The notes under the pieces: generated by a model
What the model was told of the DNA's origin: nothing
Seen by the model: only the letters and a program-made list of their open reading frames with translations
Database searches by the model: none
Shown here: positions 10,501 through 18,147 of the stretch, piece by piece
How the letters are laid out: the number at the start of each line of letters is the position of its first letter
How positions within the stretch are numbered: position 1 is the first letter of the stretch
NCBI GenBank assembly: GCA_021735645.1
Contig: JAIPGP010000005.1
Coordinates: forward strand, 1,908-65,907
Length of the DNA stretch: 64,000 nt
Direction of reading: 5' to 3'
Source of the DNA: Candidatus Cloacimonadota bacterium
GTDB taxonomy: Bacteria; Cloacimonadota; Cloacimonadia; Cloacimonadales; TCS61
Made by a program: the position numbers and the translations under genes

Positions 10501-12302
10501 TCCCGGGTCCACATGGTCCCAGCCCGATTATTGCAGCTTTCTGGGATGATCTTATAAACAGCGGAGGTCATGTTTATACCTATTATGACGCAGCCCAGCA
10601 CTACTATGTGATTGAATGGGATTATATGCATAATGAAGCAACCAGCTCAGAAGAAACTTTCCAGATGATCCTTTATGATCCAAATTTCTATCCCACTACA
10701 TCCGGTGACAGTGAAATTAAGATGCAGTATAAGACAATAAACAATAATAACGCTGGCACATATCGGGCAGATCATGGTCAATATTGTACAGTAGGACTGG
10801 AAGACCCCACAGGAACTATCGGTCTGCAATACACCTATAATAATACATATTCCAATGCAGCCAAGCCTCTGGAAAACCAGATGGCTATCCTCTTCACCAG
10901 CCCTCCGATCCCTCCGGATGGTCCCTTCCTCACTATCGTTGATTATAGTGCTGTTGCCGGCGGTGACAGCTTCATAGAAGCTGGCGAAGAAGCTGTTATC
11001 ACTATCACTCTGGAAAATATTGGAGCAGATACTGCTAATAATATTGATGTGGTAATCACCGAAAATGACCAGTATATAGAGCTTGTGAATGATACAGGTT
11101 CATGTGATCTGGTATTAGCAAATGGCATGGTAACCATACCAGATGCCTTCACGATCAGTATCAGCGAAAATGTCCCTGATTTTTATACTTTCTCTCTTAA
11201 TGCCAATATTTCAAGTGATGAAGATTCCTGGAGCCAGTTAATTGTGCTCACTGCCTATCAGGCAAATACTTTTGCAGTTAATCCAGAATCTATTGATTAT
11301 GAACTTATCTGGGGTAATACCGGCAGCACTTCATTTGAAATAACAAACATTGGGGATGTACCGGTTAATTTTTATATCAGAACAGATGAAACTCACCCAA
11401 CCAGAGATATCACAGGCTCTTTCATGACTTGTGATACAGAAGGATTCACACCTGGTGAAACTACCACCTGGACTTTTACGGCTTATAATGGAGCCGCAGA
11501 CGCTGAATGGATTTCTGATCTCTGGTTAGACTTCCCCTTAGGTGTAACGGTTAATAGTGCCAGCAGCTTTATAGGTGGTTCCGGTGGAGATATGCCCTGG
11601 GATGGTACAACGGGACAAGGTGCTTATGTAAACTGGCATGGTGCATCAGTTAATGACTGGGGATACCTGCATGTAGGCGAAGCTGCATCAGCCGCAGTAG
11701 AAGTGACATTGAGCACAGAATTTGCCGGTGACTTGACCATTAATTATACAATTGGCGGAGATGGCTATGGTAATGACCCTCATCTGGTTGATGGCGAGAT
11801 CATGATGGATTATCCTTTGCGCTGGATAAATCTCAATATGTCATCAGGCACAATTTTTCCCAACCAGTCACAGGAAATCATTGTTAATTTTGATACCAGT
11901 GACATTGAAGAAGCTGTGCATTCCTGCAATATCGTGATCACATCTGATAGCTGGGATGGTAAAACCATTCCTGTTACCCTCACCCCCAGCACTAATGATA
12001 GTGATCCCCAGCAGATACCTGCCAGCAACCTGCTGAGCCAGAACTACCCGAATCCATTCAATCCGCAAACCAGTATTCCTTTCAGCATTAGTCAGCCGGC
12101 TGCCAATGTTACTCTGAAGGTTTATAACATGAAAGGTCAGGCAATCAGAACTCTGCTTAACGCTCCTTCTGAGGCTGGAAATTACTCCCTGAACTGGGAC
12201 GGAAAAGATGATAAGGGCAAGGACGTTGCCAGCGGAATTTATTTCTCTAATCTATCGGTAGATGGAGAAAGACAAACCCGCAAAATGGTGATGATCAAAT
12301 AA
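7536..12302 (+). CDS. Giant (1588 aa) peptidase C25 (gingipain)-family-like protein with Ig-like/CARDB-like repeats, a NIDO-like module and a T9SS C-terminal sorting domain
   Basis: Signal peptide; C25 propeptide/catalytic-domain-like N-terminus (VVLVGDANG..., GDQPYSQLAGNDVLADVLVGRLSV, ILTCSTGSF); repeated NPGE/DPGE Ig-like segments; C-terminus NYPNPFNPQTSIPF...GIYFSNL...RKMVMIK. Confidence 0.85.
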   Translation: MKKFFVFAIVMLIGISLFGAWVTIPEHDGAELVKYTQPERGNISLEFNLDGYQLEQIVKSGNSYSQISYPEEGKILEIGMPDLPVFTRLIAIPDEGTATLTITSSSSRIIKDITVYPQEELLTESEPIRETFSINAEYYQTGGIYPAALAELGEPAIMRDLRLVKVTFCPFQYNAAKRELTIHENIIVEVETSGRGGINAKTADRPRSRAFTNIYQSQVLNYAEVANLREDYQRPAILFIYPDNTTVENSLEYLLDWKDKKGYDVSAAHTGETGTSNTSIKNYIQDAYDDWTNPPEFVVLVGDANGSVAIPSWTETWSWYSGIGDQPYSQLAGNDVLADVLVGRLSVNSVSELQTMIAKSINYERDPYMGNTDWFERAILVGDPSHSGPSTVSTCKAVKTYIQNYNDDFTFNETYTSNWDTGLSNGINQGGSFVCYRGYIGMSGWDTGDINALTNGWMLPLGCILTCSTGSFDGTANSEVFAKAGSATVPKGAIAAYGTATSGTHTCFNNSVTSGIYYGIFIDHIFNPGGALVRGKLNLYTQYPQNPSNYVDIFSHWNNLMGDPSVQLWTGVPQQMTVFYEDEVAAGTNYMQIVVLDPAGTPLQGAWVTARGNDYYQTGFTDINGVYYLDVQDTEIGEDYELTVSSHNCLIFEEEFTVELADIYLDIENLVLNDDGGDGIANPGENIILELTINNYGTNPATSVEASLESFNDLVTVTSATTQLDDIAVGESVNNNDLTISIDPAALGSMTIQLNLTLDSDQGTWIAPIFLSIEGAVLEITDYTVVDANGVIDPGETREIYFDITNLGEITAMNVTGELECLNRRITIIDSLADFGSVMPGDDVNNYNDRYEITASSAILPGSQIPVSIHFTNANGYDAMAAFMIEVGIVTVSDPLGPDDYGYYCYDDEDSDYDKCPEYDWIEINDIGDDTGLYVTNVPQDDCDIENIDFPADFTFVFYGEEYDMFTVATAGWISPGGTEVKSFMNWTVPGPHGPSPIIAAFWDDLINSGGHVYTYYDAAQHYYVIEWDYMHNEATSSEETFQMILYDPNFYPTTSGDSEIKMQYKTINNNNAGTYRADHGQYCTVGLEDPTGTIGLQYTYNNTYSNAAKPLENQMAILFTSPPIPPDGPFLTIVDYSAVAGGDSFIEAGEEAVITITLENIGADTANNIDVVITENDQYIELVNDTGSCDLVLANGMVTIPDAFTISISENVPDFYTFSLNANISSDEDSWSQLIVLTAYQANTFAVNPESIDYELIWGNTGSTSFEITNIGDVPVNFYIRTDETHPTRDITGSFMTCDTEGFTPGETTTWTFTAYNGAADAEWISDLWLDFPLGVTVNSASSFIGGSGGDMPWDGTTGQGAYVNWHGASVNDWGYLHVGEAASAAVEVTLSTEFAGDLTINYTIGGDGYGNDPHLVDGEIMMDYPLRWINLNMSSGTIFPNQSQEIIVNFDTSDIEEAVHSCNIVITSDSWDGKTIPVTLTPSTNDSDPQQIPASNLLSQNYPNPFNPQTSIPFSISQPAANVTLKVYNMKGQAIRTLLNAPSEAGNYSLNWDGKDDKGKDVASGIYFSNLSVDGERQTRKMVMIK

Positions 12303-12340
12303 TTTTGAATTGAAAATAAAACTGCTGTGCAGTTAAACCT

Positions 12341-12378
12341 GCCGGGACTTCTAACTTCACTGAAGTCCCGGCATTTTC
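12341..12378 (+). terminator. Rho-independent terminator after paralogue 2
   Basis: Perfect 11-bp stem GCCGGGACTTC / GAAGTCCCGGC followed by ATTTTC. Confidence 0.7.
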
Positions 12379-12417
12379 AACTGCTGGATAAATAGAAGAA
12401 TCAGGATGGGATATTTT

Positions 12418-15400
12418 ATGAAGAATTGCGGCTTATTGATTTTGATAACACTGCTGAATATTACATTGTGGGGATTGCAGATTGATATACCTGATAATGC
12501 TCAGAACAAATTAGTGGAATATGAACAAATTGATGAAGGCAATATTCATCTGGAATTTAACCTGGATAAATATGAAAGAGAAGAACTCACCAGAGCTGAG
12601 GTCACCTACACAAAAATAAGCAATCCGGAAGCTGGCAGTTTATTAGATATCGGCATGCCAGACCTGCCGGTTTTCACCCGCCTGGTCGCTATACCTGATG
12701 AGGGGAATCCCCTCTTGACCATAACTTCTTTAAACTCACATACAATAAAAAATATCATGATCTATCCGCAAGAAGAAATCCTGACTGAGACTGAAACCGA
12801 GCGAGATGTTTTCACAATTGATTCCGAATACTATCAGCAGGGAGGTATTTATCCGGCTGCTGCAGCAGTGCTGGGAGAACCGGCAATAATGCGTGATATA
12901 AGACTCGTAAAAGTCACCTTCAATCCCTTCCAGTATAATGCTGCTGCCAGGGAACTGGTAATACACGATAATATCTGCGCGGAACTTACTATCAGCGGCA
13001 GTGGAGGCATAAATGTCAAAACCGGAAACCGCCCACCATCACGTGTCTTTGACAATTTATACGCTTCTTCAGTATTAAATCATGCGGAAACCACAAATCT
13101 GCGAACCGATTTCCAGAGACCGGCTATTTTATTCATTTATCCGCAAAACAACAATGTTGAGAACAATCTGCAATATCTCATGGACTGGAAAAACAAAAAA
13201 GGATTTGATGTTACTTCTGCCAGTACCAGCCAAACCGGTACAACATCTGCCATGATCAAAAACTATATCCAGAACGCTTATGATAACTGGGAAAATCCCC
13301 CTGACTATGTGGTTTTAGTAGGCGACGTGAGCGGGACAATTTTACTTCCTTCCTGGTATGAAAGCTGGAGCGGTACGCAGGGGATTGGTGATCATCCCTA
13401 TGCACAACTGGAAGGTAATGATGTATTGGCAGATATTATCTTAGGCAGAATATCGGTAAATAATATCAATGAATTGCAAACCGTCATCGCCAAATCTATA
13501 AATTATGAAAGAGAACCTTATATGGATAATACCCAGTGGTTTGAAAACGCAATATTATTTGCTTACGGCGGACCGGGTAAAATTGCCACCTGTGAAACAG
13601 TAGAAGGATATATCAGCATTCACAATAACGATTTCTCTTTTACCGAAATTTACTACAGTAACTGGGTATATGCGTTAGACCAGGCCTTAAATACGGGAGC
13701 TAGTTATTTATGCTGGCGGAGTCAAGGAGTGGATTGTGACTGGAATAATAATAATATATATGCCTTGAACAATGGCTGGATGCTGCCTTATGGTGTATTA
13801 TGCACCTGCTTTACTGCTGATATTTATGGAAGCAGTCTCAGTGAAGCTTTTGTGAAAGCGGGAACTTCTACCATCCCAAAAGGCGGAATTGCCGCAGTGG
13901 GCACTTCCACGGGAATGACTTCCGGCTGCTTCAATAATTGCATTACAAATGGTGTCTTTTATGGCATTTTTATCGATAATATCTATACTACCGGCGGAGC
14001 GTTAGTGCGGGGAAAACTGAATCTCTATCAGCAATATCCCAGTAATCCCAGCAATCATGTAAATTGCTGGTCACATTGTAATAATCTCATGGGCGATCCT
14101 TCTATAGAGCTGTGGACAGGTATTCCTCAACCCATGCTCGTGAATATCCCGGATGAGGTGGCTTTCGGGACGAATTTTATGGAAATTAACCTGACTGATG
14201 AGGCTGGTGTTCCTCTGGAAAATGGCTGGGTTACTGCCCGTGGAGATAATGATTATTACCAGACTGGCTATACAGATATGCAGGGTAAATATTATCTGGA
14301 TATCTCAGGCACAGAAATGAACCAGACATTTGAAATCACTATAACCTCACATAATAAAATACCTTATGAAAATGAGATCAACGTTATTCAGGCTGAATAT
14401 CTTCTTGATATTGCTCAGGTAAACTTCCTGGACTCACAGGGCGATGGAATCCCTAACCCCGGCGAAGAAATCACTCTGGAACTCACTATTGCCAATGACG
14501 GCTCCAGCGATCTCACAGGTATTTCTGCAGAACTGGTTTCTCTAAATGATAACGTTTCAGTTGTTATTTCCAATACTGATTTAGGAGACCTTAACAGCGG
14601 AAGTCAATTAGTAAATTCCGATCTTGCAATTTATCTCGACTCGGCAACTCCTGGAGGCAGCAGAGTCCAATTACAGCTCATTCTCACTTCTGATGGAGAA
14701 ATATATGTGATACCGCTCTTTATAGATATTTCCGGTGCTACACTCTATATAGCCAGTTATGTTGCCCAGGATTCTAATGGCATACTTGATCCTGGAGAAT
14801 CTGCTGATATCTATTTCATGATTGAAAATCTGGGTGCTATTGCTGCAACTTCAATTTACGGTGAACTGGCTTGCTTTAACAGCAGGATCTCGATTCAGGA
14901 CAGTACGGGATTTTTTGGAGATATTGCCCCGGGAGGCACTGCCTATAATTTTTCTGATACTTTTGAAATCACTGCCGACAGTAACATTATTCCTGGCACA
15001 CAAATCCCGGTGACTATCACTTTTACGAACCTTAATGGTTATAATGAAACCTGTTCTTATTTAATTGAGATAGGCACTGTAACTGAGGAAGACCCTTTAG
15101 GTCCCGATGAATACGGATATTACTGCTATGATGATGGAGATACTGCTTACGATGAATGCCCCGTTTATGACTGGATAGAAATACACAGCATCGGAGATAA
15201 TCTGGGCTTATATACCCCAGGTGACGAAGCTGATATCGAAGATGTTGAACTGCCGGCTGATTTCTCATTTGTCTTTTATGGCTTAGAATACGATATGATC
15301 ACTGTAGCTTCTGCCGGCTGGATTTGCCCCGGTGGAACAGATGCCGCGGAATTTATGAACTGGACCCTGCCCGGAGCTGGAGGAGCAAGTCCCATGATCG

Positions 15401-17181
15401 CAGCTTTCTGGGATGATATCCACAATGGCTATAATGGAGGTGTATATACTTATTATGACGCTGCCCAGCATTATTTTATCATCGAATGGGATCACATGCA
15501 AAATGAGCATAATAATGAAGAAGAAACATTTCAAATATTGCTCTACGACCCTGATTACTATCCGACTACTACAGGTGACAGCAAAATAAAAATACAGTAC
15601 AAGGCATTTACTAATGCCAATATCGGTGAATATCCCTATCACGGAGCTGATCATGGTCTCTATTGCACTGTAGGACTGGAAGACCATACTGCCACAAGAG
15701 GATTACTTTATACTTATAATAATACCTATCCCACTGCTGCAAAACCGATCACCTCTGAATCTGCCCTGCTGTTCACCGTTTCTCCTGTCCCCCAGGATGG
15801 TCCCTTCCTTAACATTGTAGATTATGAAGCCTATGCCGGAGGTGACTGCTTTATCGAAGCCGGCGAAGAAGCCATGATCTCGATTGTACTGCAAAATTTA
15901 GGGGCTGAATCTGCTAATGACGTGCAGGTTATTCTCTCCGGAGATGATCAGTATATTGATATTCTGAATGATACCGCTAATTGTGACCTTGTTTTGGCAA
16001 ATTCCATGGTAACAATTCCCAATGCTTTTTTAATCAGTGTCAGTGAAAATGTCCCTGATTTCTATTCTTTTTCTCTTAATGTAAATATCAGCAGCAATGA
16101 AGAAGCCTGGAACCAGCTGATCATACTCACCGCTTATGAATTAAACACCTTCACAGTTGATCCGGCGGTTATAAATTACGAAATGATCTGGGGTAATTCT
16201 GACAGCACTTCTTTTGAACTCGCTAATATAGGTGATATTCCCATAAATTTCTATATCCGCACAGATGAAACTTCTACCAGCAGAGATGTTATGGGTTCTT
16301 TCCTGGAATGTGATGCCACAGGTTTTACTCCCGGGCAATCCACTTACTGGACATTTACGGTGCATAATGGCGCAATTGATAATGAATGGATTTCTGATGT
16401 CTGGATAGATTTCCCCTTAGGGGTTACCCTGATTGAAGCCGGAGATTTTGTCGGTGGTTCCGGTGGAAATATGTTCTGGGACGAAACTACTGGTCAAGGT
16501 GCCAATGTCAACTGGCATGGAACTACTGTAAGTGACTGGGGAGTACTGCATTATGGAGAAGTAGCCTCCGCTACAATGTTTGTAAATCTCAGCACCGAAT
16601 TTGCCGGTGATCTCACTATTAATTATTCAATTGGCGGAGACGGCTATGGCAATGAACCTCATGTCATAAATGGCGAGATCATTCTGGAATACCCGCTGCG
16701 CTGGATTAACCTCAATATGTCATCTGGTACAATACCTCCCGGTCAGTCACAGGAAATCTGCGTTGATTTTGACACTGCTGATATTGAAGAAACCGTGCAT
16801 ACCTGCAATATCGTGATCACATCTGATAGCTGGGACACTAAAACCATTCCCGTCACGCTAATTCCTGTCGCCCAGGGTAATGATCCGGAATCAATTCCTG
16901 CCAGTAATATATTGAGCCAGAATTATCCTAATCCCTTCAATCCCCGAACGATTATTCCCTTCAGCATCTGCGAGTCAGCTGCAAATGTGACCCTGAAAAT
17001 ATATAATCTGAAAGGTCAGGCAATCAGAACTCTGCTGAATGCCCCGACAGAACCAGGCAATTTCACCTTGTACTGGGATGGAAAGGATGATAACGGCAAA
17101 GATGTTGCCAGTGGTATATATTTCTCTAATCTCTCAGTAGATGGAGAAAAGCAGACCCGCAAAATGGTGATGATCAAATAG
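12418..17181 (+). CDS. Giant (~1587 aa) peptidase C25-family-like paralogue with T9SS C-terminal sorting domain
   Basis: Colinear with 7536..12302 over its full length and ends in the same RKMVMIK. I prefer the ATG at 12418 (MKNCGLLILI... signal peptide) over the ATG at 12406 used in the ORF track. Confidence 0.85.
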   Translation: MKNCGLLILITLLNITLWGLQIDIPDNAQNKLVEYEQIDEGNIHLEFNLDKYEREELTRAEVTYTKISNPEAGSLLDIGMPDLPVFTRLVAIPDEGNPLLTITSLNSHTIKNIMIYPQEEILTETETERDVFTIDSEYYQQGGIYPAAAAVLGEPAIMRDIRLVKVTFNPFQYNAAARELVIHDNICAELTISGSGGINVKTGNRPPSRVFDNLYASSVLNHAETTNLRTDFQRPAILFIYPQNNNVENNLQYLMDWKNKKGFDVTSASTSQTGTTSAMIKNYIQNAYDNWENPPDYVVLVGDVSGTILLPSWYESWSGTQGIGDHPYAQLEGNDVLADIILGRISVNNINELQTVIAKSINYEREPYMDNTQWFENAILFAYGGPGKIATCETVEGYISIHNNDFSFTEIYYSNWVYALDQALNTGASYLCWRSQGVDCDWNNNNIYALNNGWMLPYGVLCTCFTADIYGSSLSEAFVKAGTSTIPKGGIAAVGTSTGMTSGCFNNCITNGVFYGIFIDNIYTTGGALVRGKLNLYQQYPSNPSNHVNCWSHCNNLMGDPSIELWTGIPQPMLVNIPDEVAFGTNFMEINLTDEAGVPLENGWVTARGDNDYYQTGYTDMQGKYYLDISGTEMNQTFEITITSHNKIPYENEINVIQAEYLLDIAQVNFLDSQGDGIPNPGEEITLELTIANDGSSDLTGISAELVSLNDNVSVVISNTDLGDLNSGSQLVNSDLAIYLDSATPGGSRVQLQLILTSDGEIYVIPLFIDISGATLYIASYVAQDSNGILDPGESADIYFMIENLGAIAATSIYGELACFNSRISIQDSTGFFGDIAPGGTAYNFSDTFEITADSNIIPGTQIPVTITFTNLNGYNETCSYLIEIGTVTEEDPLGPDEYGYYCYDDGDTAYDECPVYDWIEIHSIGDNLGLYTPGDEADIEDVELPADFSFVFYGLEYDMITVASAGWICPGGTDAAEFMNWTLPGAGGASPMIAAFWDDIHNGYNGGVYTYYDAAQHYFIIEWDHMQNEHNNEEETFQILLYDPDYYPTTTGDSKIKIQYKAFTNANIGEYPYHGADHGLYCTVGLEDHTATRGLLYTYNNTYPTAAKPITSESALLFTVSPVPQDGPFLNIVDYEAYAGGDCFIEAGEEAMISIVLQNLGAESANDVQVILSGDDQYIDILNDTANCDLVLANSMVTIPNAFLISVSENVPDFYSFSLNVNISSNEEAWNQLIILTAYELNTFTVDPAVINYEMIWGNSDSTSFELANIGDIPINFYIRTDETSTSRDVMGSFLECDATGFTPGQSTYWTFTVHNGAIDNEWISDVWIDFPLGVTLIEAGDFVGGSGGNMFWDETTGQGANVNWHGTTVSDWGVLHYGEVASATMFVNLSTEFAGDLTINYSIGGDGYGNEPHVINGEIILEYPLRWINLNMSSGTIPPGQSQEICVDFDTADIEETVHTCNIVITSDSWDTKTIPVTLIPVAQGNDPESIPASNILSQNYPNPFNPRTIIPFSICESAANVTLKIYNLKGQAIRTLLNAPTEPGNFTLYWDGKDDNGKDVASGIYFSNLSVDGEKQTRKMVMIK

Positions 17182-17185
17182 TATA

Positions 17186-17884
17186 TTATTCCAGCGGTAG
17201 CATGTATTTCTTGCTGACAACACTCAGGTCATCTTTAAGCTCATAGACCAGGGGATTACCGGTGGGAAGTTCCAGACTTGCTATCTGGTTCTCATCCAAA
17301 TCTTCCAGCAGCATGATCAAGGCGCGTAAAGAATTACCATGGGCAGATATTAGAACATTTTTGTGATCTTTAACTACCGGCATTATATTACTTTCCCAGT
17401 AACCTTTAAATCTATTAAGTGCATCCTCTAAAGATTCTCCATGAGGCAATACCCCTTCCGGAAGAGCAGAATATTTTGCTTCTCTATCAGGAGATCGAAC
17501 ATCATCCTCAGCCATTTGGGGAGGTCTGGTTGAATAACTTCTCCGATATTGTTTGAACATTCCAACGCCCACTTCTTTTTTCACAACCTCTTTCACCTGA
17601 CCCTGCAAATCGCCATAATGACGCTCATTCAGGTGCCAGTCTTTTACTACCGGAATCCACATTAAATCCATTTGCTCCAGTATTATCCAGAGTGTGTGAA
17701 TTGCCCGCTTTAAATATGAAGTGTAGGCAATATCAAAACTATATCCGGCATTTTTCAAAACCTCTCCGGCCAGCTTCGCTTCCTGCCTGCCCTCTTCAGA
17801 TAAATTCACATCCGTCCAGCCCGTAAATATCCCCGCTTTATTCCATTCACTCTGTCCATGTCTTATTAATACCAGCTTTATCAC
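17186..17884 (-). CDS. gpmA: 2,3-bisphosphoglycerate-dependent phosphoglycerate mutase
   Basis: LVLIRHGQSEWN...FTGWTDV...ERHYG...SAHGNSLRAL. A GTG start at 17884 lies 6 nt after GGAGG and gives the typical (M)IKLVLIRHG N-terminus. The ORF track's ATG at 17902 adds 6 residues. Confidence 0.9.
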   Translation of the reverse strand: MIKLVLIRHGQSEWNKAGIFTGWTDVNLSEEGRQEAKLAGEVLKNAGYSFDIAYTSYLKRAIHTLWIILEQMDLMWIPVVKDWHLNERHYGDLQGQVKEVVKKEVGVGMFKQYRRSYSTRPPQMAEDDVRSPDREAKYSALPEGVLPHGESLEDALNRFKGYWESNIMPVVKDHKNVLISAHGNSLRALIMLLEDLDENQIASLELPTGNPLVYELKDDLSVVSKKYMLPLE

Positions 17885-17997
17885 AAATAACCTCCAGCCC
17901 ATATATTACTCACTTTCTGAGTCCTGGCAAATTATATATCATACTATTACATTGCAAGATTTTTTATCCTAAACCATCCCTGATCCTTTGAGGGGTA

Positions 17998-18033
17998 GGG
18001 TTATAGGTCATATAGGACATATAAGACCTATAG
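17998..18033. repeat. Four tandem 9-bp units of the YTATAGGNC family
   Basis: GGTTATAG GTCATATAG GACATATAA GACCTATAG, in the divergent gpmA/mfd spacer. Confidence 0.8.
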
Positions 18034-18147
18034 TTTGTAAGGTTGACACTTTTTGCAAGAGCACAGTTTTTGTTTTCAGTTACCGATAAATCCCCCTGCG
18101 GGTGATATATCGGCTATTGGTGTTTTGGTAAATAAGAGGAGAAGCCA

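Noticed and set aside
15283-15687. 134-aa antisense ORF inside paralogue 3. Similar antisense or alternate-frame ORFs occur at 32262-32705, 52263-52646, 49651-50004, 19975-20334, 27824-28168, 5411-5743, 34834-35157, 39366-39671 and 62219-62599.
   Set aside because: All lie wholly within strongly supported genes on the opposite strand or in another frame. Their composition is odd (Cys/His/Ile-rich) and they show no motifs. They are shadow ORFs.
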